Source: a virus
Taxonomy: Duplodnaviria; Heunggongvirae; Uroviricota; Caudoviricetes
DNA length: 45,440 nucleotides
IMG/VR virus record: IMGVR_UViG_2526164690_000022
Strand: one strand, 5' to 3'
In this document: positions 11,802-20,804 of the stretch, in pieces
Layout: every line of letters begins with the position of its first letter
Numbering within the stretch: position 1 is the first letter of the stretch
The notes under the pieces: generated by a model
What the model was told of the DNA's origin: nothing
The model's input: only the letters and a program-made list of their open reading frames with translations
Database searches by the model: none
Program-made: the position numbers and the translations under genes

Positions 11802-12513
11802 TTATCAAAAGCTTCGTGAAATCGCTGAAAAAACAAAAATTGCCGGTGAAGCACCTGTAATGCCTTTCGATCAGCGAATTAATGCGCTTAACGATTTTAT
11901 GAAGCACTTTTCGCCAGATATCGCGCTGGCATTGTTGGATGAACGGGAAAGAAACCAGCAATACATCAAACGCCGCGACCAGGAGAACGAGGATATTGCG
12001 CTTACGGTTGGGAGGCTGCGCGTTGAGCTGGAAGGCAAAGACAGCAAAATAGCCAATCTTACCGCCGAACGCGATGCTCTTCGTGAAGGTGAGATGGGCG
12101 ACGCTAGGCATAGCAACACACGGGCCGCAGCTGATATCTACTTCCAACTGGTCGAGGAATGCGAAATTCCTGCTGGCGGATCTCTGGTCGAGTACGTTGA
12201 CGATATGCGCGAGAAGCTGGAAGCCGCAGAGAAGCGCATTGCAGAACTGGAAGCACGGGAAATAAAACCAGCCAAAGGCGAAGTTCTTGTCGTTGTCTCT
12301 GGTTTTACTGGTTGCGGGAAAAGCGCCATTGCCGGGGAAATAGAAATTGCGATGAAAGCTATTGGTGTGCCGGTTCAATGGACTAATGGCGATGCAGAAA
12401 AGCATATGACCGGCGCTGACTGGCTGACAGCGATTGAGATGTACAAACCAACTGTGCGCATCGTGGAAGTTAATGTGCCACGCGCCGCTGGCATTCGCAT
12501 CAAAGGAGAGTGA
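11788..12513 (+). CDS. Ea22-like coiled-coil protein (paralog)
   Basis: GTG start after aggag RBS (11776-11780); MSQIDYQKLREIAEK; EKRIAELEAREIK coiled coil; the listed ORF start at 11587 is probably spurious. Confidence 0.45.
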   Translation: MSQIDYQKLREIAEKTKIAGEAPVMPFDQRINALNDFMKHFSPDIALALLDERERNQQYIKRRDQENEDIALTVGRLRVELEGKDSKIANLTAERDALREGEMGDARHSNTRAAADIYFQLVEECEIPAGGSLVEYVDDMREKLEAAEKRIAELEAREIKPAKGEVLVVVSGFTGCGKSAIAGEIEIAMKAIGVPVQWTNGDAEKHMTGADWLTAIEMYKPTVRIVEVNVPRAAGIRIKGE

Positions 12514-12514
12514 T

Positions 12515-12709
12515 ATGGCAACCAACAACCGTAAAGCAAAGATTCTGTTAGTTCGTAGAAACGCTCCTGGCGTCTGGCAGTGGGTGAGACTCAGCAACCG
12601 ACGGATGGGGTTGATGAAATATTACGGGATGATGGATTGTGGTTTTTGCAAAAAGCCCAGCGCGGCGCAAAACCGCTGGAAAAACCATTTGCGCACTAAA
12701 GGAGAGTGA
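12515..12709 (+). CDS. Hypothetical small protein
   Basis: ATG preceded by aaaggagagtgat; the same 18-nt junction recurs at 12698-12715. Confidence 0.35.
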   Translation: MATNNRKAKILLVRRNAPGVWQWVRLSNRRMGLMKYYGMMDCGFCKKPSAAQNRWKNHLRTKGE

Positions 12710-12710
12710 T

Positions 12711-12920
12711 ATGGCTATTGCCGCAAGTTACACCATGCATCTCTATTGTGACTGCCGCCAGTGTACGGAAGGTGTATATCCAGTGCCAGACTTCGGTGAG
12801 TATATCGGTACGTCATGGTCTGGTTGTGCAAAAGAGGCGCGCAAGGATGGCTGGCGCATAAGCAAAGACAAAACGCGTGCTTTTGCGCCCGGGCATAAAG
12901 TTTTGAGGATTAACAAATGA
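12711..12920 (+). CDS. Hypothetical small Cys-rich protein
   Basis: ATG preceded by an identical aaaggagagtgat RBS context; LYCDCRQC motif. Confidence 0.35.
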   Translation: MAIAASYTMHLYCDCRQCTEGVYPVPDFGEYIGTSWSGCAKEARKDGWRISKDKTRAFAPGHKVLRINK

Positions 12921-14083
12921 CCACTATTACCAAAGAGCGACTGCTGGCAATCAAGCAGTGGCGCGAAACATACGGACCTGGTAGCAACGTTGTACTGCCA
13001 GCAGAAGAAGCGGAAGAACTGGCACGGATTGCTCTGGCAGCGCTGGAAGCTGAACCTGTTCTGTATCAGTCCTGCACTCGCCCCACTTGGAATAGCGGTG
13101 TTCCGTGGACGGAATGGAAAGAACGTAGTCGTGAGGGCTACGAAAACGATTTGCGCTTTACAGACACGCCTGACCATGCCGGTTGGATAAACAAATGCCG
13201 AAAACTATATACCACTCCGCCAGTTCCGGTAATGCAGGCTGATGTCGCGCAAGCAATTGAAAACCTCAAGCAGAAGTTAGTGGAATGCAATCGCTATAAC
13301 TACTGCGCAGATGCCGTTAAAGGTGTTGAGGATGCCAGCCGCGTCTTGGCACTCCAAAATCAAAATATGTCAGCGCCGATAACGCCGGAGGCTATTGAAA
13401 ACGCAATTGAATACATCCGCAGTATCGCTTTTCACATCAATGAAGACGATTACCACGGCAAACATATTGCGTATTTCATGCGACAAGCATTGGCCTGGCT
13501 GGAAGGGCATTCATGCAGCAACGATAGACTGGGTAAAGCCGATAATCAACCAGTACGCGGCAACCAGGCTGCCGAATCCAATCGCGGTAATGAGTGGACC
13601 GGCAATCCTGATATTGATAACGCCATCATCATGCTCGATCGCATAGATACTCTGGAAAATTGCGATGATGACCGTATTGAGGCTGTTAAGGCCGTTTTGC
13701 GTAGACTGGCTGGCAACTATCCGGATATTCCGGATAGTTCGGTGCCAGCGCCAGGAAAGGGCGTCACCGGTGAACGTATCCGAATTAAGCCGCATGTTTA
13801 TCGCGAACTGGTTAACCGTCTCCACGATACAGCGATCAAGTGTGCTGGCACCCAGCAATTACGAGAAAGAATTAGCCGTGTTTTAGGCGACGTTATTACG
13901 CCAGATCATCATAAACAAGCCGAGAAAAGTGGCTTGGAAAGGTGTCACCTTGAGGCGGCATTAAACATTAAGCCGGGGCATACACTTGGCATTATTGATG
14001 CACTATTGGTTCATAAGATGGCCAGGGCTTTATTGCCGCTGGTGGCTGAAAAGCATGAGGTGGACCATGCCAACGAAAGCTGA
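12917..14083 (+). CDS. Hypothetical prophage protein sharing a C-terminal module with the DUF4406 protein
   Basis: 388-aa ORF; PHVYRELVNRLHDTAIKCAGTQQLRERIS parallels HLYRELVDALRDVAIECHGTDQLRARLS in 4784..5410. Confidence 0.5.
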   Translation: MTTITKERLLAIKQWRETYGPGSNVVLPAEEAEELARIALAALEAEPVLYQSCTRPTWNSGVPWTEWKERSREGYENDLRFTDTPDHAGWINKCRKLYTTPPVPVMQADVAQAIENLKQKLVECNRYNYCADAVKGVEDASRVLALQNQNMSAPITPEAIENAIEYIRSIAFHINEDDYHGKHIAYFMRQALAWLEGHSCSNDRLGKADNQPVRGNQAAESNRGNEWTGNPDIDNAIIMLDRIDTLENCDDDRIEAVKAVLRRLAGNYPDIPDSSVPAPGKGVTGERIRIKPHVYRELVNRLHDTAIKCAGTQQLRERISRVLGDVITPDHHKQAEKSGLERCHLEAALNIKPGHTLGIIDALLVHKMARALLPLVAEKHEVDHANES

Positions 14084-14351
14084 ATTACAGGTGCGCGTAG
14101 ATGAGCTTGAAAAAGAGAACGCGAGCCTCAAAAAAATGCTGTCGCGGGCGGAAAGGGAATTATCAGGCAAATTATTGCCAGAAGAACTGCCACCAGCAGA
14201 TATACCTGATCGAGTGTCCTGGTGGATGAAGTATTTCCGTGCACCGTGGGAGGCGTTTTGGTGCTACCACCATCGCAGATGGTGTGATGAACTTGATAGC
14301 AGTTTTCCCTACTTTGCGGAAGGGAACACCTGCCCTCAATGCAGGGGATAG
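14067..14351 (+). CDS. Hypothetical small protein with coiled coil and C-terminal Cys/His cluster
   Basis: MPTKAELQVRVDELEKENASLKKML...; C-terminal CYHHRRWC...CPQC; gagg RBS at 14057-14060. Confidence 0.4.
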   Translation: MPTKAELQVRVDELEKENASLKKMLSRAERELSGKLLPEELPPADIPDRVSWWMKYFRAPWEAFWCYHHRRWCDELDSSFPYFAEGNTCPQCRG

Positions 14352-14686
14352 CATTTGACGAAATCGATCACCCTATCCTGAACTTCAGAAAGAAGGTCTT
14401 TTTCACGCGCCAGGACGTCAGGATATTGACGTTCTGGCCTTACCAGATGCCGGAGCTTCCCATTAAGCAGAATGGCCTCAGAAAACACTTTTACGCTGTG
14501 CTTTATCCCCTCTGTTTCTCTTTTCAGCGTCAAAATAAAGCGCAATTGCTTATTAGCCTGATTCAGATTCAATACACGAATTTGCAGTTCGTCTATGCTG
14601 TTTCGCAATGGGATTGATGCCACCACACTGGTGCAGTCTCTGATTGTCTGAATTGAACGGCTAACATTGAGAACGTTGTTGTGCAT
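14336..14686 (-). CDS. Hypothetical protein (opposite-strand ORF in an AT-rich gap)
   Basis: 116-aa ORF with mixed charged/hydrophobic composition; no recognisable motif. Confidence 0.25.
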   Translation of the reverse strand: MHNNVLNVSRSIQTIRDCTSVVASIPLRNSIDELQIRVLNLNQANKQLRFILTLKRETEGIKHSVKVFSEAILLNGKLRHLVRPERQYPDVLAREKDLLSEVQDRVIDFVKCYPLH

Positions 14687-14718
14687 GTGCCCGATCCACT
14701 AACTCCTGGAGGTTTCTT

Positions 14719-14865
14719 GTGTCAGATCGAAATATAGCAGCTAAAAGCCAGGAAGAGCGAGACAAGGTGAACGTAGACCTTGCCGCCAGCGGTGTTGCTT
14801 ACAAACCCCGCTTTCACAAACTATGCCTTTTCAATGTATACTGTATGAATAAACAGTATCATTGA
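14719..14865 (+). pseudogene. hot: Truncated hot-like gene (DNA polymerase III theta-subunit homolog)
   Basis: GTG start after ggagg RBS; ...SQEERDKVNVDLAASGVAYK matches the HolE/Hot core (DKVNVDLAAAGVAFKERYN), then diverges into the humD promoter and stops. Confidence 0.5.
14839..14858. promoter_or_regulatory. LexA (SOS) box upstream of humD
   Basis: tactgtatgaataaacagta fits CTGT-N8-ACAG; about 19 bp upstream of the humD ATG, overlapping the likely -10. Confidence 0.7.
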
Positions 14866-14876
14866 GGTAAAACGCT

Positions 14877-15266
14877 ATGGGCTTCCCTTCTCCTGCGGCG
14901 GATTATGTTGAAAGCCGAATTTCTCTTGATCAACAACTAATCAGGCATCCATCAGCAACCTACTTCATGCGGGCAGCTGATAGCCATCACCGTGAGGGAA
15001 TATTGCAGGGTGCTTTGCTGGTGGTTGATTCTTCGCTTACTCCAGTTGATGGTTCGCTGCTTGTGTGCGCTATGGAGGGTGAATATCGCATAAAGAGATA
15101 CAGGAAGTATCCGCGCCAGCACCTGGAGGATTTAAGCACCGGGAAGAAAGAGGCGTTACCAGTAGATGACGATGGATACACGGGCAGTAATGCTGTTTTT
15201 GGTGTGATCACCCACATTATCAATGACGCCAGGGGCGGTGAATTTGATGATAGTCCTGCTATATGA
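14877..15266 (+). CDS. humD: HumD, UmuD-prime-like peptidase S24 protein lacking the cleavable N-terminus
   Basis: Starts MGFPSPAADYVE (equivalent to processed UmuD'); retains the Ser/Lys region (AADSHH...EYRIKRYR); preceded by a LexA box. Confidence 0.8.
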   Translation: MGFPSPAADYVESRISLDQQLIRHPSATYFMRAADSHHREGILQGALLVVDSSLTPVDGSLLVCAMEGEYRIKRYRKYPRQHLEDLSTGKKEALPVDDDGYTGSNAVFGVITHIINDARGGEFDDSPAI

Positions 15267-15400
15267 TTTGTTTTCAGAGAAACCATAGAGAGGCATGACT
15301 GGATCTATATCGCCCTGGCCATTTAAATGATTCCTCCCATTAGACGCGGTTACTCACTTGAAGATAAGATGAGGTTATAATTCTCTTTTTAGGTACGCGA

Positions 15401-15823
15401 ATGAGTTCGTCTGCTTTTGTCACTGTTGTCACTGGAGTAAGCGTTTTTGTCCTAGGTCGACTCATCATCAAGGGGGTTGAGTCTTACATTTCATTCAAGG
15501 AACAGTTGGGGGAAATATCGCATCTGTTATTGTCTAACCAAGCAAAGCTATCGAATCCCCGCTCTGACTTAAAACAAGAAATCATCCATGATTTGAAAGA
15601 TGCGGCAGCACAGTTACGGGTGAAGTACGAACTATTACCTTTCTATATCAAAATGTTACACATCGGTTTTCGCCTTGTTCCATCAGAAACTGAAATTCGT
15701 AAAGCGGCGCAAGAATTGAATCTGATAGCCTCGATACATGACGGTAAAACCGGAGAGCTGCCATATGAGCACATAGCCAAGATTGGATTACTGCTCAGAA
15801 TTCCAACCACTTATTCTGCTTAA
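15401..15823 (+). CDS. Hypothetical membrane-anchored protein (candidate moron between humD and phd)
   Basis: N-terminal TM helix AFVTVVTGVSVFVLGRLII; AT-rich; TATAAT-like hexamer about 15 bp upstream. Confidence 0.5.
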   Translation: MSSSAFVTVVTGVSVFVLGRLIIKGVESYISFKEQLGEISHLLLSNQAKLSNPRSDLKQEIIHDLKDAAAQLRVKYELLPFYIKMLHIGFRLVPSETEIRKAAQELNLIASIHDGKTGELPYEHIAKIGLLLRIPTTYSA

Positions 15824-15931
15824 TCCCAGCAATTGCAAGACTGCATCTCGAGGATTTAAGGCACCAAGAAGTGGTATTCAGCATCATTAAAACCTATAAT
15901 TGCGTACACATAACGAGCACACGAGGTGTTT

Positions 15932-16153
15932 ATGCAATCCATTAACTTCCGTACCGCGCGCGGCAACCTTTCTGAAGTGCTCAACAATGTTGAAGCCGGG
16001 GAAGAGGTTGAAATCACCCGCAGAGGCCGTGAGCCAGCAGTAATTGTTAGCAAGGCTACTTTTGAAGCCTACAAAAAAGCGGCGCTGGATGCCGAATTTG
16101 CATCCCTGTTTGACACCCTGGACTCCACCAACAAGGAACTGGTTAACCGATAA
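15932..16153 (+). CDS. phd: Phd antitoxin (prevent host death)
   Basis: [39 protein letters not shown]...; matches my recollection of P1 Phd; overlaps doc start. Confidence 0.9.
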
Positions 16154-16533
16154 TGAGGCATATATCACCGGAAGAACTTATTGCGCTTCATGATGCGAAT
16201 ATAAGCCGCTACGGTGGCCTGCCGGGAATGTCAGATCCGGGTAGGGCAGAGGCCATTATCGGGAGAGTTCAGGCCAGAGTTGCCTACGAAGAGATCAGCG
16301 ACCTTTTCGAAGTCTCCGCCACCTACCTGGTGGCTACAGCGAGAGGGCATATATTCAATGATGCCAATAAGCGTACCGCGCTAAACAGTGCGCTGCTATT
16401 TCTACGCCGTAACGGGGTGCAGGTATTTGATTCACCTGAACTGGCAGACCTTACTGTAGGCGCTGCGACTGGCGAGATATCTGTATCTTCTGTCGCCGAC
16501 ACGTTACGTAGATTGTATGGTTCTGCGGAGTAG
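16153..16533 (+). CDS. doc: Doc toxin (death on curing, Fic-fold kinase)
   Basis: [40 protein letters not shown]... with the [11 protein letters not shown] Fic-like motif; matches P1 Doc. Confidence 0.9.
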
Positions 16534-16537
16534 ATTA

Positions 16538-16735
16538 ATGGCACGTAAATACAACAAGTTGTCCCGTGAAGCGTTAAAGATGCTTCTTGATGGCGTGAGT
16601 CGCCGCGAGGTAAAGCAATACCTGGTTGGTAAGCAAATTGGTGCCAGGACCGCTATTGCTGTGTTATGCCGTCAGGAAATGGTTGTGCTTAAACAGAGAA
16701 TGCTTGGTAGCAGACAAAGTGCTTCCAGTATTTGA
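16538..16735 (+). CDS. Hypothetical small protein downstream of doc
   Basis: MARKYNKLSREALKMLLDGVSRREVKQYL...; ATG 5 nt after the doc stop. Confidence 0.4.
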   Translation: MARKYNKLSREALKMLLDGVSRREVKQYLVGKQIGARTAIAVLCRQEMVVLKQRMLGSRQSASSI

Positions 16736-16739
16736 AAAG

Positions 16740-16768
16740 AAGCCCGCCATACCAAGCGGGCTTTTTGT
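16740..16768. terminator. Rho-independent terminator (probably bidirectional)
   Basis: agcccgc-cataccaa-gcgggct followed by ttttgtt; lies between convergent gene blocks. Confidence 0.6.
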
Positions 16769-17544
16769 TATTTCACCTCTTCTGCCGCTGTATCATTGGA
16801 CTGTTCTTCTTTGGCCCGTTCTGCAATCGCCGCACGGCATTTCGCCCTGGCTGTAGCGATTGCTTCTGCTCGCACATCGTCTGGAATCGTTGACGTGATA
16901 TACATATCCAGTTCTTCGGCACGGAATACTGTTTGGTCCAGATATTCGCGTAGCATCCAAGTAAATTCGAAATCACACGCGATAATCTCTGCGCTACCTT
17001 CTGCACCATTTGGGAAATGAATAAATGCCTGTTTAGCCAAACCGATAACACGACATGCGGTTGCCAAAACAGCGACAACCAGGTTTACATTTTCACACGC
17101 TACGGGCTGATTAACGCCGGAGATTACTCCATTTAACTGTCGGTTATATGGAAGGTAGTTTGAGATGCGTTCTACGCGCCATGTGCCAGTCAGGCTGCCA
17201 TTCTTAAAGATAATTGGTGTAACGGATAGCCCAAGCTCGCGTATAAGTCGTTGCGCTATAGCAGGATCATTAAACATGTCTAATGCTACACATTCGAAAG
17301 ACTGTGCAAGGGTAAACAGTTCTTCCAGAGAGTAGTCTTTGCCCCTGGCGGTGATGTAACGATGAACGCCGCTTTCTGCATCGCTCCATATAGCTACGCC
17401 ATGCTCTTCATTCAGCTCTTCATTAAAGCCGAGATACGTCATGATAGTACGTTCAATCGTGTCAAACGGCAGTGACATGTCGGCGTTAACAGCCACCAGC
17501 AGGCCATTACGCAAGCGGTATTGAATTGCTTTAGTATTTTCCAC
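16768..17544 (-). CDS. Hypothetical protein
   Basis: 258-aa ORF, last gene of the minus-strand operon. Confidence 0.45.
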   Translation of the reverse strand: MENTKAIQYRLRNGLLVAVNADMSLPFDTIERTIMTYLGFNEELNEEHGVAIWSDAESGVHRYITARGKDYSLEELFTLAQSFECVALDMFNDPAIAQRLIRELGLSVTPIIFKNGSLTGTWRVERISNYLPYNRQLNGVISGVNQPVACENVNLVVAVLATACRVIGLAKQAFIHFPNGAEGSAEIIACDFEFTWMLREYLDQTVFRAEELDMYITSTIPDDVRAEAIATARAKCRAAIAERAKEEQSNDTAAEEVK

Positions 17545-17550
17545 GTTAAA

Positions 17551-18228
17551 TCACTCCACTACAAACCAGTCACATGCCAGTAAGTCGCCTACAGAAGGAA
17601 CCCACGGAACAACTACACCTTGTGCATTTTTTAAGGCGAAATAAGCACCATACGGAACGAGGTCGCCGGGGAAATATCCCTTAATGGCTTCCATTCGTGC
17701 CGGGTACTGTCCTTCAGGAACCAGCCAGCAGAATTGGTTTTCGCCGTTCCACCCGCGTCGAGCAACTTTCTTGCCATCCTTCAGCCACATCAGCGCGTCA
17801 GAAAAGTCGGCTGCTTCAAGGTCGATTTCTTCTTGCTGGGTGGTGATGCCACCAGCAGAAATAGTTACGCTCCCGGTAAGATTAATCATCACGCCGTTGT
17901 CATCCGTAATGATGACCGTGGTTCCATTTTTGGAGGCGTCGTTAACCAGGCCATAGCGTTCCTCAAATGGTTTCTCCGGGGCATAGAACAGATAACCGTT
18001 TTCATAAACGATCAGATACCCGCCAGTTTTTGGTCGGTGTTTTTGTAAAAACATTGCGTCAACACAAACTGTTGCCCCTTTTGGTTCAACGAGTTCGATG
18101 CAGCCCCAAAGTGGGGCATCAGTTACTCCGAAAATAACAACATTTTTGATTTTCGATGCACTAACGTTTTTGTGAGCTTTGTATTTGGGAAGGAACTTAA
18201 AAAGCTCTTTCGTTGCCATGTTATTCAT
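17551..18228 (-). CDS. Two-domain protein with C-terminal DUF2829 (Tad2-like) domain
   Basis: C-terminal FSDALMWLKDGKKVARRGWNGENQ...VGDLLACDWFVVE fits the DUF2829 pattern as I recall it; N-terminal ~130 aa unknown. Confidence 0.5.
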   Translation of the reverse strand: MNNMATKELFKFLPKYKAHKNVSASKIKNVVIFGVTDAPLWGCIELVEPKGATVCVDAMFLQKHRPKTGGYLIVYENGYLFYAPEKPFEERYGLVNDASKNGTTVIITDDNGVMINLTGSVTISAGGITTQQEEIDLEAADFSDALMWLKDGKKVARRGWNGENQFCWLVPEGQYPARMEAIKGYFPGDLVPYGAYFALKNAQGVVVPWVPSVGDLLACDWFVVE

Positions 18229-18242
18229 AGTCTTTTCTCTGC

Positions 18243-18737
18243 TTATAACTTTTCGTACTGAAGCGGTGAACGCTTAATTTCAAAGTGGCCTTCCGATGTG
18301 CTACCAAAGCCACCAGCACCACGTTCCGTTTCGTTGAGTTCCTCAACCTCGACTAGTGAGACTTGTTCAACTCGTTCAAAAATTCCTTGCATGACAGCCA
18401 TTCCAGGCTTGAGACAAACGCCTTCCCCGCCGGGATCAGTAATCAGTTTTGCCATGATTTCGCCGCGATAATCGGAGTCGATAATTCCTACGCAGTTAGC
18501 CAGGCGAGTATGTTTTTTGCAGCCCAATCCGGATCGCGGATAGAGTTTCAGACACCAGCCGGGCGGGATCTCCATAGCCAGTCCGGTATACACCCACCAG
18601 CTTGAGGAAATTGCACCATTGCTATCGACGCATGGTTTTATTTCAACAGCCTCAAAATCCATCGCCGCCGATCCGGAGGTGGCATAAGCTGGAAGTTTTG
18701 CTGCCGGATGTAGGCGTTTCACTTTTACGTAAATCAT
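18243..18737 (-). CDS. dut: dUTP diphosphatase (dUTPase)
   Basis: GIIDSDYRGE motif and overall dUTPase length (164 aa). Confidence 0.8.
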   Translation of the reverse strand: MIYVKVKRLHPAAKLPAYATSGSAAMDFEAVEIKPCVDSNGAISSSWWVYTGLAMEIPPGWCLKLYPRSGLGCKKHTRLANCVGIIDSDYRGEIMAKLITDPGGEGVCLKPGMAVMQGIFERVEQVSLVEVEELNETERGAGGFGSTSEGHFEIKRSPLQYEKL

Positions 18738-19210
18738 TGTTTTTTAGCTCTCTGCGTGAAGGTGTAAACCCGACGTTTGATATGTGGAACGGTAGGAACA
18801 GGAAGACAGGAACTTTCAATAACTCCTTGCTCCTCCAGCGATCGCACCGCCCGCAAGAACTGCGACGTGTCGCCGCCAAACTGGCGGGCATAGGTGCTGC
18901 CGTTATGAAGTATTTGAGCTATTACCCGAGCTTTTGTCTGGCTGTCACGATATGCGAATAGCCGCACGGCCTCTTCTGGCGCAATCGCTAACTGATAGCC
19001 TTTCCCGGCACGGTGTCGAATGAATCCATGCGCCAGTAGGTTTTTGAGTTCGTTACGAGTGCGAACAGATCCGTAATCCAGGAAGTGTGGATTGATAACG
19101 ACTGGCTTAAACCATTCCGTAGGTGCTTTAGCTAATAGAGCTAACAGCTTCCCGGATAATTCTGGATAGGAAGACGGGTAACAATTCAGAGATGTGTAAT
19201 AAGTTTTCAC
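18734..19210 (-). CDS. Hypothetical protein
   Basis: 158-aa ORF coupled to dut. Confidence 0.4.
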   Translation of the reverse strand: MKTYYTSLNCYPSSYPELSGKLLALLAKAPTEWFKPVVINPHFLDYGSVRTRNELKNLLAHGFIRHRAGKGYQLAIAPEEAVRLFAYRDSQTKARVIAQILHNGSTYARQFGGDTSQFLRAVRSLEEQGVIESSCLPVPTVPHIKRRVYTFTQRAKKQ

Positions 19211-19551
19211 CGACGCCCCCTTGCAGGATAGCGACCTGCATTAGTATCCGGTGCAATAAAGCCGGTAGTGGGGCGAGTGAAAGCGAGATTAATCTTCTCG
19301 ACCATAGTGCGATAATTTTCCTGATAGTGGGCCAGGAGTTTTTCGGCGGCAATGATGGTTACTTTCCGGACGTAGCTTTCTGCTTCCTCCAGATTTCGCC
19401 AGTTTTTTTCGAGGGTAAACACAGGGACGGCCTCAAGCCCGGTCATGATGCCGAACACAACGACAGCATGACTGTTCTTAACACCAGCGGCGAAGGTTAC
19501 GGTGTAACCATCCACCTTAAAGCGTCTTGATTCCGTGATTTGACTCTGCAA
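19207..19551 (-). CDS. Hypothetical protein immediately downstream of the cre-like gene
   Basis: 114-aa ORF; same relative position as the cre-associated gene in P1. Confidence 0.4.
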   Translation of the reverse strand: MQSQITESRRFKVDGYTVTFAAGVKNSHAVVVFGIMTGLEAVPVFTLEKNWRNLEEAESYVRKVTIIAAEKLLAHYQENYRTMVEKINLAFTRPTTGFIAPDTNAGRYPARGRR

Positions 19552-19624
19552 AGCACCCTCCGAAATAGGCGAGGGTACTTTACAGCAAAGATAACAATCT
19601 AAAAAGATGTGTTAGAAATTTAAT

Positions 19625-20653
19625 TTATGAATCCATCAGGCGGCTATTAGCCCCCACAGACACGCCGCCACGGCGCAGATACCGCATAAGTGTTTCCGGT
19701 TTCTTCCAGGTTCCTTCCTGCATGATCTCCACCATAGACACCTGCTTTTCTGCCATATCGATAGCAGCCCCGACACGAGCACTATGCCCGGTCCACGTCC
19801 GGTATCTCCCCTTGTTTGGAGTGGCATCTCTTTTATTCAGCAACACCCAGGCGTCACTAAATATTTTCTCCATTGCAGGTGCAGTAAGGGGCGTTGTCGT
19901 AATCCTGGCCTTATTGCTACGGTGTATCGGCGGGAACAGCACCGCGTCAGGATGTTCACGAAGCCCGGAAACATCCAGCCAGTCATTCAGCACAGCAGTA
20001 GTGCGACGGGAAAGCACCTTATCAAGCCCGGCGGCGGTCGTTATTGTCTTCGTGTGTGAAATATGTAGCGTGACAGTGTCACCTGTTTGGTCCAGATCTC
20101 CTACACGAATACGCGAGATTTCAGACATGCGCATCAGCGTATTGTATGCAACAAAGAGAAAAGCCCGGTTGCGCAGGTCCACCAGCCGTTCTGACCTGGA
20201 CAACAGGACGTCGAGCAGTTTCAGATCGTCCCACCGCAGCGGTATAGCCTGGCCTGTTCGTTCGCCTTTTTCCGTTGCCGCTTCACGCCGGATGCGCCGC
20301 ATAGCCAGAGAAACACTTTTATCATCCGAAAGTGGCGGAAGGCCACAATGCGAAAGCAGCATGTTCAGCATGGCGTAGTGCTTATCAATGGTGGTCGAAG
20401 CCAGATCAGCATCATGCAGCTGAAGAAAATACTCGCGGGCCATCTCTGGAGAGATCGGGAACCAGGCGAGCTGGCGAGCGTGACACCATCTCGCCCAGGA
20501 GTGAAACACTAACCGGAGATCGCGCAAAGTATTAGGCGCGTAAGCCCCCTGGTCATTCATGAACCGCATAAAGTTTTCTGCGGCCTCCTGGTACTCTTTG
20601 CCAATGTTGCGCAGAAAACCACTGGAGCTGCCAGAGATAATTAATTCACTCAT
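19625..20653 (-). CDS. Cre-like tyrosine site-specific recombinase
   Basis: Aligns with P1 Cre along its length: LNMLLSHCGLPPLSDDKSVSLAMRRIRRE; AFLFVAYNTLMRMSEISRIRVGDL; WTGHSARVGAAIDMA...VSMVEIMQEGTWKKPETLMRYLR (catalytic Tyr near the C-terminus). Confidence 0.85.
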   Translation of the reverse strand: MSELIISGSSSGFLRNIGKEYQEAAENFMRFMNDQGAYAPNTLRDLRLVFHSWARWCHARQLAWFPISPEMAREYFLQLHDADLASTTIDKHYAMLNMLLSHCGLPPLSDDKSVSLAMRRIRREAATEKGERTGQAIPLRWDDLKLLDVLLSRSERLVDLRNRAFLFVAYNTLMRMSEISRIRVGDLDQTGDTVTLHISHTKTITTAAGLDKVLSRRTTAVLNDWLDVSGLREHPDAVLFPPIHRSNKARITTTPLTAPAMEKIFSDAWVLLNKRDATPNKGRYRTWTGHSARVGAAIDMAEKQVSMVEIMQEGTWKKPETLMRYLRRGGVSVGANSRLMDS

Positions 20654-20804
20654 GAAACTATTTAACCTCTATATACAGATGACGCTACGCGAAAAATATA
20701 AAAATGACAGGGTAGCTATAAGTTAATTTTCAAGATTCAAACCTTTGATTCGAGGCACGTATTTTCAGTGATGTCAACACTGATCATCCACCCATGATTA
20801 TAGC

